Source of the DNA: an uncultured Clostridia bacterium
Lineage (GTDB): Bacteria; Bacillota; Clostridia; TANB77; CAG-508
Assembly (NCBI GenBank): GCA_947628825.1
Contig: CANRBH010000003.1
Span: 8,084 to 72,083 of the forward strand
Reading direction: 5' to 3'
Length of the DNA: 64,000 nucleotides
Below the pieces are notes generated by a model. That model was not told the origin of the DNA, ran no database searches, and saw only the letters and a program-made list of their open reading frames with translations. Every line of letters starts with the position of its first letter. Position 1 is the first letter of the stretch. Shown here one piece after another: positions 29,515 through 38,328 of this stretch. Position numbers and translations under genes: made by a program.

Positions 29515-30309
29515 TTAACCACCTATTTGAGATAAAAATATACTAATCCATACTATTGCATTTGATATACATAAATAAGCTGCAATAGGTAGTTTCTTAT
29601 TATATTTTTTCCCTTTATTTATAAATTTATTTATTAAAGTTTTTATTGCTATAATTAGTAGTGTATATATTATTGTTAATATAGTTGCTATTTCTAAACA
29701 GAAAAAGTTTATTATTATGCATAATATAATAACACTAATTTCATAATCATCTTTTGCTTTTTTCTTTAATCTAAATGTACTTAATATTGTTAGTATTGCT
29801 ATTACCACAAAATATATAACAATTCTATTTATGTTAAAATTCTTTGTAATAAAATATTGATATATAATATTTAATAGAGATATTACTATACCATATATCA
29901 GTACTCCTTTATGAATTTCATTATGTTCTATATCTATTCCAGCAATTAAGAATAAAAATACAATAAATAGTATACCAAGTAATAGTTCTATTCCTTTAAA
30001 AGTAAGTATTGTATTTATATTTATTCCTAAGCCTAATGCAAGAATAATAAATGATAGGCCTGTTAAAATTTCTATTAGTGGATATCTAAAACTTATTTTT
30101 GATTTGCAATATCTACATTTTCCGCCTAAAAAGATGTAACTTAATATTGGAATTAAGTCAACGAAAGACAATTTATGATTACATTTTGTACAAAATGATT
30201 GCTTATATATTATGTCTTTATGTAAAGGTATTCTGTATGTAGCAAGAGTTAAGAAGCTTCCAAAAAAAGATCCCATTATAAAGATTATTATATAAATTAA
30301 AGCATTCAT
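29515..30309 (-). CDS. pilD: prepilin peptidase (A24 family)
   Basis: 264 aa polytopic protein. N-terminal zinc-type CTKCNHKL...GGKCRYCKSKIS, followed by RYPLIEILTG. Confidence 0.8.
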   Translation of the reverse strand: MNALIYIIIFIMGSFFGSFLTLATYRIPLHKDIIYKQSFCTKCNHKLSFVDLIPILSYIFLGGKCRYCKSKISFRYPLIEILTGLSFIILALGLGININTILTFKGIELLLGILFIVFLFLIAGIDIEHNEIHKGVLIYGIVISLLNIIYQYFITKNFNINRIVIYFVVIAILTILSTFRLKKKAKDDYEISVIILCIIINFFCLEIATILTIIYTLLIIAIKTLINKFINKGKKYNKKLPIAAYLCISNAIVWISIFLSQIGG

Positions 30310-30424
30310 TATGTACTCCTTTCTTTCATAATTTTAAATAAAGGCTACCTAAATACGATTGATTTAGGTAACCTCATATTTAGTACTATTATCATGAATA
30401 ATAGATTTTGTAAAAATTGCATTA

Positions 30425-30652
30425 TTATGATTTTAATTCTTGGATTAATGCATTAAGTTGATCTGTCATATTTTGTAATTCTGTTTTTTCAACTAATTCT
30501 GAATCTTTGTAATCTTGAACAGCATCTTTAGACATGTTGATTAATCCACCATCTTGTAATGCTATTGAAAGTGTTACTCCTGCTAGAATTAATAGTATAA
30601 TTATTGTAACAACTAATGCAACTAATGTAATACCATTTTCTTTCTTAAACAT
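30425..30652 (-). CDS. very short type IV pilin (75-aa precursor), putative major pilin
   Basis: Start trimmed to the ATG at 30652 (AAGGAGGG 7 nt upstream). Sequence MFKKENG/ITLVALVVTIIILLILAGVTLSIAL... leaves only about 68 aa after the predicted cleavage. Confidence 0.65.
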   Translation of the reverse strand: MFKKENGITLVALVVTIIILLILAGVTLSIALQDGGLINMSKDAVQDYKDSELVEKTELQNMTDQLNALIQELKS

Positions 30653-30722
30653 ATTTTTTCCCTCCTTAGTAAAATTTGTGTTATATATATATTTATTATA
30701 ATAAATATAACCTAAAATTAAA

Positions 30723-31118
30723 TTATTTTGTGCCACTATTTACGTTGGCTGCTGTGTAATAATTATCTGTTGTATTTCTATCAATATTTTGATTTGAGTC
30801 AATACCTTCTGTTAAAACTTCATTACCGGCTTCTACAAAAGGATTAACTTTTCCAGGATTGTAATTTTTTTCGCTTCTATACTTTGATAATTCACTATCT
30901 GTTAAATCGAAAACTGTGTTTGTTGCTTCATACTCTTGTTCTGTAATTTGATCATCGATTTCTTTCGCTACTTCTTCTGGAGTAGCATAAGCTGTTACTT
31001 TACTTGGAATGACTCTGTTTGTAGGCATATATTGATAAAGTATCAATGCTAAAACTACTGCTACAGCAACTGTAATTAGCAACATAATAAAAGTTTCTTT
31101 TATTATTGTTTTTACCAT
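30723..31118 (-). CDS. hypothetical single-pass membrane protein in the pilus cluster
   Basis: 131 aa. One N-terminal TM helix (FIMLLITVAVAVVLALILY). Confidence 0.4.
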   Translation of the reverse strand: MVKTIIKETFIMLLITVAVAVVLALILYQYMPTNRVIPSKVTAYATPEEVAKEIDDQITEQEYEATNTVFDLTDSELSKYRSEKNYNPGKVNPFVEAGNEVLTEGIDSNQNIDRNTTDNYYTAANVNSGTK

Positions 31119-31160
31119 TTTTTACTCCTTTTCTTAGGTTTACATACGTTGTCCTTTCGT

Positions 31161-31856
31161 TTATTTTTTTGCACCTAATACTTTTGATTTTGAACCATCT
31201 TCTGATACAGTAACCTCAGGTTCATCTGCTTGTACACTATTGCCTTCTTCTTCACTTGGTTGTGGTGTATTTACTTCAATAGTAGTATTTTCTTTCTTTA
31301 CAATTATATCCTTTACCACGAATGTTGCCTGCGAAGCTGTCATGTGAAAATCATCAATTATGAAATCTAACGTTGTATCATTTTCAAGTTCAGATATAAA
31401 CTGTGTTATTGCAAGATATTCACCTTTTACAGTAAATTTTAGATTGCTATAGTTTTCATTACCAAGTGTAGATGTAGTTCTTTCAATATTGCTTAGTTCT
31501 ACTCCATGTTCAGTTGCATGATTTCCAACTCTGCTCCACAAATATTCAATCGTATATATCTTTGTTTGTGTCGCTTGTCTTATCTCATTTTCTGTACTTT
31601 GTGCAACTAAATCTAGGTAGTCTTTTTTTGCCTTTGTAAGTAACTCTACATCTGATTGAAGCTTTTGTAATGCACTTGTATAGCCTTCACTTTGTGAATT
31701 TGCTATTGATATTGTTTGTGTTAATTCTGTGTTTTTTTGTTTTATATCTTTAAATCCATATACTTGAAATGGACCAATGTGCATTCCATTTTTTATGAAT
31801 AAAACTAATAATACTATGCATAACACTAATAATATACTTAATAATGCCTTTCTCAT
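31161..31856 (-). CDS. PilO-like pilus assembly protein
   Basis: 231 aa. An N-terminal TM helix followed by a coiled-coil segment, positioned directly after the pilM-N gene. Confidence 0.5.
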   Translation of the reverse strand: MRKALLSILLVLCIVLLVLFIKNGMHIGPFQVYGFKDIKQKNTELTQTISIANSQSEGYTSALQKLQSDVELLTKAKKDYLDLVAQSTENEIRQATQTKIYTIEYLWSRVGNHATEHGVELSNIERTTSTLGNENYSNLKFTVKGEYLAITQFISELENDTTLDFIIDDFHMTASQATFVVKDIIVKKENTTIEVNTPQPSEEEGNSVQADEPEVTVSEDGSKSKVLGAKK

Positions 31857-31871
31857 TGTTTTCCTCCATTT

Positions 31872-33545
31872 CTAATATGTTCTTAGATTACCTTCTATTG
31901 ATATTATAATATCATTTCCACTTTTTTGTCCTTCTGTTGATGCTATATCTTCCAAAACATTAGCATTTTTTAATTTTGCTTTAAAGTAAGCTAGTTGCTC
32001 ATACTTTTCAGATTTAACACTTAGTACTATATGTTGCTTTATATTTTCTCCATCTGTTATTTCAGTATTATCGATAGATACTAATTCAACCAATTGTGGT
32101 ATACTATATACAATTTTATTTAATAAAGTAGTAATTTGATTTTTTCTACTATTTCTTTCAACGATTACTGAGCTAATATTATTTAAATTTGAAGTATATC
32201 TTTGATAATCTATTGTTCTTCCAGTTATCTTACTATCATCAGAGTTTACTTTTGAAAGTTCTCCAGAAATATAATCTCTTACATCATCTGCTTCTGCAAT
32301 TTTGCTATCAATCTGTTTTACTAAAAAGTTAGATCCTATAGAATATACTATTATGATAACAAAAACAGTCAAAATATTTCTTAAAAGAAGTTTTTCAGCC
32401 CAATCGAATTTTCCCTTCATATCTGTCTTAAAATTTATGTTTAGCTTAAAGTTTTTCTTAGCTTTTGGACCATTAGATACCTTCTTATCTTTTAAAGAAT
32501 TTACATCAGAAGTCAAGAAGCTTTTTAAATTTTCTTTCCAATCCACTTGTAAAAAGTTTAATGCTTTTATTCCGTTTCCAAGTCCTTGCAAAGCAAGCGC
32601 TATTGCGGAGTCCACTTCAACATAATCTTTTATATTTATGTTCATATTCATTTGTTGTTCTAAGAAGAAAGGTTTTAAAATTTCAACCTTTGAATCTTTA
32701 AAATATTCTTTAAAATACAAGTCTATATTGTTGATAACTGCACCCATTCCTGTTATATAAATATTATCAATCTTATTATATAAATCTTTTAATACTTGTA
32801 GCTTTTCAGTTATTTTATACAATACAGGAACAATAAACTTTAAATATTCATTTTCTTCCATAGAGCTATAGTCTGTTTCCATGGTGTATATTGTCGTATT
32901 TTTACACACTTCATAAGATTTTGAATAAGAATTTTCTTTTTCATTTATCTTATCTAGAACTTCACTCATTCCTTCTTCTATTGTATCAACACTATATATT
33001 GCTTGATTAACAATTGTTGTTACTGTTGTTTTATCTTCTATGTTTATTATCATAGAGTTTTTATTTTTTTCTACATTTATAAGGTTTGGAATGGCCGTTG
33101 CTAAAGGTGTAAGTAATTCTAATCTTTTTTTACCAAAAAACATTTGTCTTTCTGCTATGTCATTTTGGCTATCATAAACGTATATAACTTTACTTTGGTC
33201 AGGATTATCTATATTTTTTGTATATACATACTTACCTTCATATACGCTACTATTTAAATGATTTTCTGTACAAAAAGATTCAAATTCGGTTTTTATAGCT
33301 TTTGTTGCATAAGCCTTATTAGTCAAACTGAAAATATTAAAATAATAATATTTTTCATTAGATAAATTGCTACTGATAGGAATATTTTCACTATTTGTTT
33401 CTGTAACAATTTGATCAAGTGTTTCCATCAAGTCGTTATAGAATTTTATTCCATACGACTCAACGACAAAAGTATTATTGTCTTTTTTCACTTTAGCATA
33501 TCTAATTAGCTTATCTGTTATATCAACTCCTAAACACTCTTGCAT
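31872..33545 (-). CDS. PilM (actin-like ATPase fold) fused to a PilN-like TM/C-terminal domain
   Basis: 557 aa. N-terminus LGVDITDKLIRYAKV and IYITGMGAVINNIDLYFKEYF..VEILKPFF are PilM-like. The TM helix LLRNILTVFVIIIVYSIGSNFLV at about aa 395 is followed by about 140 more aa. Confidence 0.7.
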   Translation of the reverse strand: MQECLGVDITDKLIRYAKVKKDNNTFVVESYGIKFYNDLMETLDQIVTETNSENIPISSNLSNEKYYYFNIFSLTNKAYATKAIKTEFESFCTENHLNSSVYEGKYVYTKNIDNPDQSKVIYVYDSQNDIAERQMFFGKKRLELLTPLATAIPNLINVEKNKNSMIINIEDKTTVTTIVNQAIYSVDTIEEGMSEVLDKINEKENSYSKSYEVCKNTTIYTMETDYSSMEENEYLKFIVPVLYKITEKLQVLKDLYNKIDNIYITGMGAVINNIDLYFKEYFKDSKVEILKPFFLEQQMNMNINIKDYVEVDSAIALALQGLGNGIKALNFLQVDWKENLKSFLTSDVNSLKDKKVSNGPKAKKNFKLNINFKTDMKGKFDWAEKLLLRNILTVFVIIIVYSIGSNFLVKQIDSKIAEADDVRDYISGELSKVNSDDSKITGRTIDYQRYTSNLNNISSVIVERNSRKNQITTLLNKIVYSIPQLVELVSIDNTEITDGENIKQHIVLSVKSEKYEQLAYFKAKLKNANVLEDIASTEGQKSGNDIIISIEGNLRTY

Positions 33546-33802
33546 TTTTTCCTCTTTCTTCTATTGTTCTTTATATTTCTACAATTTTCTCTAGTTTATT
33601 TTATCTTTACATTATTTATATACATTATTTTATATTTTTTTAAATTAAAGTCAATACATTTTTGCTTAATGAAAACAAAATGTAATATTTGTAATTTTAT
33701 TGATATATTATATTTTTTACTAAATAAAATCATAAAAATATATAACTCTTATTATGTCCTAATTTCGACTTAATATGAGTTATATTGATTTTAAATTTAT
33801 TT

Positions 33803-34957
33803 TTAATAGTCTCGTTCCTTTTCTTCTTGTTTTAAATCTATATTATATGTTAAATTTTCAACAACATCATAAGTTTTTCCCAGATGATTTATTGTTTCTA
33901 ATTCTTTTTGTGTTAATTTTGATTGTACTTCTTTTGATTTTTGAGTTTTTATTTTTCCTATGATTATTGAAAATGTATAATCATCTTCAACTTGCTTTAT
34001 TGCATTTGGATTTATTTCTATTGCTAAATTTACATATTGAATTGCTTTATTTAAGTCTTTTTTTATAATTTGTATTTTTGCTAAATATAAATATCCATTT
34101 GCTTGTATTTTTTCGTCTTCACAATTTATACATTCATAAAAATATTTTTCGGCTTCATCATATTCTCTAAAAATTAAATAAATTTGTCCTAAATTTAAAT
34201 TTGAAATATCTTTTAGTGAATTTATTGTTGCTGCTTTTTTATAATATTCTCTAGCATTTTGAAAATCATTTAACATAGTATATGTCATTCCTAGAAAATA
34301 ATACAATTCATATTCTGCTGGTGAATATTTTAGAGCTTCATTATAAACAACTATTGCTTCCTTATATCTTTCATTATCATATAGTATGTTTCCTAATAAT
34401 TTACTTGCTTTATAAAATTCTGGCTTTGTGCTTAATAAATTTTGTAAAAGTTGTATGCTTTCTTCTTCTTTTTTATTTTCATGAAGAATTTCTGCTAATT
34501 TGCAATATGTGTCATAATCCTTTGGATTAATATTTATTACTTTTAAATATTCACCTTCTGCTTTTTCTTTTTCTTCATTTTCTTCATATAATTTTGCAAG
34601 CATTTTATGAGATGTATAACTATTAGGTCGTCTTTCAATATTTAGTAAAAGCTTTTTCTTTAATTCATTTTTATTATTTTTAGATCTTGCTATATTAATT
34701 ATTTCATCTAAGTAAATATTTTTCTTTTCTAATATTAAAAATAGTACTGGTATTATTACTGAAACTAAGTATATGAAGCTTAATATTAATAAATTAGGAC
34801 TTTTCTTTATGAATATAAATATAAAATCAATAATTATACCAATAAATTCAAGTGATAATAAATATACATATCCAGAATTATTTTCTTTTATTAGTTTTGC
34901 AAACGTATATATAAATGTAGAAATCACTAATATACTAAAAATTATGATTTGTACCAT
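33803..34957 (-). CDS. membrane-anchored TPR-repeat protein, first gene of the pilus cluster
   Basis: 384 aa. Three N-terminal TM helices, then repeated TPR-like A..Y....L..NP... units (AEGEYLKVININPKD, AIVVYNEALKYSPAE, AREYYKKAATINS). Confidence 0.7.
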   Translation of the reverse strand: MVQIIIFSILVISTFIYTFAKLIKENNSGYVYLLSLEFIGIIIDFIFIFIKKSPNLLILSFIYLVSVIIPVLFLILEKKNIYLDEIINIARSKNNKNELKKKLLLNIERRPNSYTSHKMLAKLYEENEEKEKAEGEYLKVININPKDYDTYCKLAEILHENKKEEESIQLLQNLLSTKPEFYKASKLLGNILYDNERYKEAIVVYNEALKYSPAEYELYYFLGMTYTMLNDFQNAREYYKKAATINSLKDISNLNLGQIYLIFREYDEAEKYFYECINCEDEKIQANGYLYLAKIQIIKKDLNKAIQYVNLAIEINPNAIKQVEDDYTFSIIIGKIKTQKSKEVQSKLTQKELETINHLGKTYDVVENLTYNIDLKQEEKERDY

Positions 34958-35090
34958 ATAAAACTTCTTTCCTTATATAATTTACTTTATTTTACTATAG
35001 CTATGTTTTTTTTTCAATATTTTTTGAAAATATAAATCGCTGTCTCTTTGTCGAAATTTTAGATTTCGCCTCAACGACTATATTAGCTAC

Positions 35091-35126
35091 AAAAAAGGAA
35101 AAGAAAAAATTTTCTCTTCCTTTTTT
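35091..35126 (-). terminator. terminator of the 83-aa GC-rich gene
   Basis: GGAAGAGAAAATTTTTTCTTTTCC hairpin (one mismatch) followed by TTTTTTG on the minus strand. Confidence 0.5.
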
Positions 35127-35134
35127 GTTTTGGG

Positions 35135-35386
35135 TTAACCGGATTTTTCAACCGCTTCAACTTCGATGAGCTTTGCATGCATAACCTCAGCGATAATCGC
35201 AATGAATTCGTATTTTTCAACGGTCTTGTTTTTGATTGTGATAAAAACAAGTGAAGTCATACGCTCATCATTGGGAATATCAACCTTAACGGTTGCATCC
35301 ATCTTACCCGTAAGCAAGTTGACAAGCTTTTCGAAGCTTTCTGCGGTTTCCCGGTCAATCACCTTAAATGTGTAGGTATAGTCCAC
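35135..35386 (-). CDS. GC-rich orphan protein, 83 aa, GTG start, function unknown
   Basis: ORF track. AAAGGGGGG 7 nt upstream of the GTG. The line at 35281 counts 26/60 G+C. Codon usage is unlike the neighbours. Confidence 0.6.
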   Translation of the reverse strand: MDYTYTFKVIDRETAESFEKLVNLLTGKMDATVKVDIPNDERMTSLVFITIKNKTVEKYEFIAIIAEVMHAKLIEVEAVEKSG

Positions 35387-35416
35387 ATTTAGGCCCCCCT
35401 TTCAAAAATTTTCTTC

Positions 35417-35445
35417 ATTATATTATTATTTATTGCTTTAGTCAA
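35417..35445 (-). promoter_or_regulatory. sigma-A-type promoter, TTGACT-17 nt-TATAAT
   Basis: Read on the minus strand: TTGACTaaagcaataaataataaTATAAT, about 30 nt upstream of the GTG. Confidence 0.55.
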
Positions 35446-35627
35446 GTATTTTTACCTTTTTAAATTATGATTTATCTTAAAAAATTGTATTTATTTTTTA
35501 CTTGATCTCTTTTTAATTACATATTTTTCTTTTTTAGATTAATTTTATTATCTTTGGAGATTCTAAATAGAAGAATTATATAGCACATTTTATCGTTTAT
35601 TCCTTAAAAATTGTTTTGTTGTAGTTT

Positions 35628-35639
35628 ATCGTCAACGAT
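35628..35639. promoter_or_regulatory. candidate operator palindrome ATCGTcaACGAT upstream of the tandem HTH genes
   Basis: A perfect 5+5 palindrome about 55 nt before the ATG at 35692, with a TATCGT half-site at 35591-35596. Confidence 0.3.
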
Positions 35640-35691
35640 TTTTAAGTAGCTTTGCTATACTTTCATAAAATTTTAGAAATGAGGTAATATT

Positions 35692-35958
35692 ATGACACTT
35701 TCAAATGCAGTAAAGCAAAGGATAATTAACTTAGCAGCACAGGAAAAAATTACTATTCATAAATTAGCTTTAAAATCTGGTACAGCTTATTCTACAATTA
35801 GTAGTTTTTTAAATGGTAAATGTACCAGCATAACATTAACTACTCTTTTACACATATGTGAAGGATGTAAAATAACTTTAAAGGATTTTTTCAATGATAA
35901 ATTATTTAAGGATGTTACTCTAGATTCCGCTGAAAAGAAGCCTATAGAAAAGAGGTAA
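35692..35958 (+). CDS. XRE/Cro-type helix-turn-helix protein (paralog 1)
   Basis: 88 aa. IINLAAQEKITIHKLALKSGTAYSTISSFLNG is a typical HTH_3 pattern. Confidence 0.7.
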   Translation: MTLSNAVKQRIINLAAQEKITIHKLALKSGTAYSTISSFLNGKCTSITLTTLLHICEGCKITLKDFFNDKLFKDVTLDSAEKKPIEKR

Positions 35959-35963
35959 ACTTA

Positions 35964-36224
35964 ATGTTACTTTCAGTTGCTATTAGACAAAGGATTATAA
36001 ATTTAACAAAATCTGAACATATTAGCTTAAGAGAATTATCAAGAAGATCTAATGTCTCATATTCAACTTTAATTAATTTTATGACTGGAAAAGGAAGTAC
36101 AATTACTTTAGCTACTTTGTATAAATTATGTCTAGGTTTAAATTTAGAATTAGTTGATTTCTTTAACAATTCACTATTTATTGATGTTATTGATGAACAT
36201 GAAAAAAGGTCATCTAAATTTTAA
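35964..36224 (+). CDS. XRE/Cro-type helix-turn-helix protein (paralog 2)
   Basis: 86 aa. Collinear with paralog 1 (IINLTKSEHISLRELSRRSNVSYSTLINFMTG...LATLYKLCLGLNLELVDFFN). Confidence 0.7.
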   Translation: MLLSVAIRQRIINLTKSEHISLRELSRRSNVSYSTLINFMTGKGSTITLATLYKLCLGLNLELVDFFNNSLFIDVIDEHEKRSSKF

Positions 36225-36504
36225 AATTGATAATTTTTCTTTAGCTTTTTAATTATGCATGTATATTGCTTAATTTTGGCAATTATCTAATTTGTTTCAA
36301 TTATTCTAGTTTATAATTTATGTTTCTATCTCTCTTTGCTTTTATAGAATTTTTCTATATTTATTATTAAAAAGTATTTTTAATTTTCTTACTTTATGAT
36401 AAAATTAAAATTGGAAAATATCTTTCCAATTTATTTTTTAGTAAAACTTTTGCATAAAATTAGAAAGGAGAAATTCGTATAAATATTATACGAATATAAT
36501 AGAA

Positions 36505-37005
36505 ATGAAATTAAATATTGTATTGGTTGAACCAGAAATCCCTCAAAACACTGGAAATATTGCCAGGACTTGTGCGGCTATTGGAGCTAAACTTCATCTT
36601 GTATATCCCCTTGGTTTTAGTATCTCTGAAAAAGCCGTTAAAAGAGCTGGTCTTGATTATTGGGATAAACTTGAAATAGAAGAACATATTTCTTTAGAAA
36701 AGTTTTTAGAAAAATATCCTCCAGAAAAAAACAATATGTTCTTCTCTACAACAAAAGGAAAGCATATTTATTCTGAACCCGATTATGGTTCAATGGATGA
36801 AATATTTATTCTTTTTGGAAAAGAAACCAAAGGTCTTCCTGAAGATTTACTTCTAAAATATATAAACAAAACCATAAGAATTCCTATGAGAGAAAGTTTA
36901 CGTTCTCTTAACCTTGCAAATTCTGTTTGTGTTGTTGCCTATGATGTCTTTAGGCAATGCAATTTCTTTGGTTTGGAAGAAATCAGCTCATATTTTGATA
37001 AATAA
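36505..37005 (+). CDS. trmL: tRNA (cytidine/uridine-2'-O)-methyltransferase TrmL (SpoU family)
   Basis: 166 aa. LVEPEIPQNTGNIARTCAA and the C-terminal SLNLANSV motif. Confidence 0.8.
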   Translation: MKLNIVLVEPEIPQNTGNIARTCAAIGAKLHLVYPLGFSISEKAVKRAGLDYWDKLEIEEHISLEKFLEKYPPEKNNMFFSTTKGKHIYSEPDYGSMDEIFILFGKETKGLPEDLLLKYINKTIRIPMRESLRSLNLANSVCVVAYDVFRQCNFFGLEEISSYFDK

Positions 37006-37066
37006 TATAAATTTTAAGTGTAGAGCAATGATTTAAAATCAATATGTTCTACACTTTTTTAGTTTT

Positions 37067-38203
37067 TTATAATATTGCTCCTAAAACTAGAATTCCTAAA
37101 TTGTCTTTATATATTTCATCAAATTGAGATATTGGCAAAGGGTTCTCTCCCATTCCTACTTCTATTGTATAACCGGGTCTATTGTAATTTTGTATAAACC
37201 AATCTTTGTATCCCGCAAAACTTGAATTATATGGTGTGTCTTCTAGCGAATATCCACTTACTTCCGCTAGTTTCTCTCCTATTTCTAATGCTTGTGGTGG
37301 ATTGTAATTTTGAAATCTCCAATAAATTGTTTTGCCCTGAGAATGGTATGCTAGTATAAGTCTAAAATCATGTCTTAAAGTAAAATTATATACAGCTATT
37401 GATTCTGGTTCTGTTAAAGGTGCTAATCCTACAAAGTCTCTTGGAGCTGGTCTTGTATATCCTTGTGAATATTTTATTGCTTTAGCATTTTGCCAAAGTG
37501 CAGGAAATTGTAAATTTAAATCCACACCTCTAATATTTGCTTTCCATCCTGAAGTAAATGGAATTTGTGGAAAATAGCTTGCTATTTCTTTTGCAAAATT
37601 ATAAATTTCACTGTTAGGAACAATTTCTCCTGTAACTAAGTCTACCCCATCTGGATTTACCATTGGTACAATATAAATAGATGTGTTTTTATAAAGTATA
37701 TTTGCAGATACACCATATATATTTAAATTATTTTTGTAAGCATAGCAATAATCTGCTAAAAATTTCATAAGTACAACAGATGTTATCCACTCGTTGGCAT
37801 GATACGATGCAGAATAAAAAACCTTCTTATTCCCTTCCCCTATTTTTATATAAGGTATATCTTTTCCTAAAATGCTTTTTCCTATCGTTCCTATTTCAAG
37901 AAATGGATAAAGAACTTTTAAAGAATTTAAGTTTATGTTTAATATACTTGAACTATAACTTATATTAGTTGGAACAATAAAATTTAATGCACCATTTATG
38001 TATGGACTAAGTGCATTTCACGTATTAGGACCAACAATACCATCTGCTATTAATCCAAAATTTTTTTGAAAATATAATACTGAATTGTAAGTATTTCTTC
38101 CAAAAATACCATCAATCTCCCCATTATAAAATCCTAGTTTTTGTAATAAATTTTGTAAAAATTCTACCATAGGGCCGGTAGAGCCTATTTTTAAAGTTTT
38201 CAT
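37067..38203 (-). pseudogene. M14 zinc carboxypeptidase (gamma-D-Glu-diamino acid endopeptidase-like) with an N-terminal peptidoglycan-binding domain, interrupted by one in-frame TGA
   Basis: ORFs 38018..38260 (PG_binding_1: [30 protein letters not shown]) and 37067..37768 are in the same frame. The frame is open between them (NALSPYING...[13 protein letters not shown], carrying the HxxE zinc motif). The only interruption is the TGA at 38018-38020. Confidence 0.7.
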
Positions 38204-38278
38204 ATTATAATGTATGTTATTCTTATTGTAGATGATACTTTTATTTTTATAAATAACCAAAATTTTTTACTAAAGTAG

Positions 38279-38308
38279 TTGACAAAACTGTTAAATTAGT
38301 ATTATAAT
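38279..38308 (+). promoter_or_regulatory. tRNA-Leu promoter, TTGACA-18 nt-TATAAT
   Basis: Consensus hexamers about 20 nt upstream of the first GCAGATATGG copy. Confidence 0.6.
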
Positions 38309-38328
38309 AAGTATTGTCGTTGATACAC

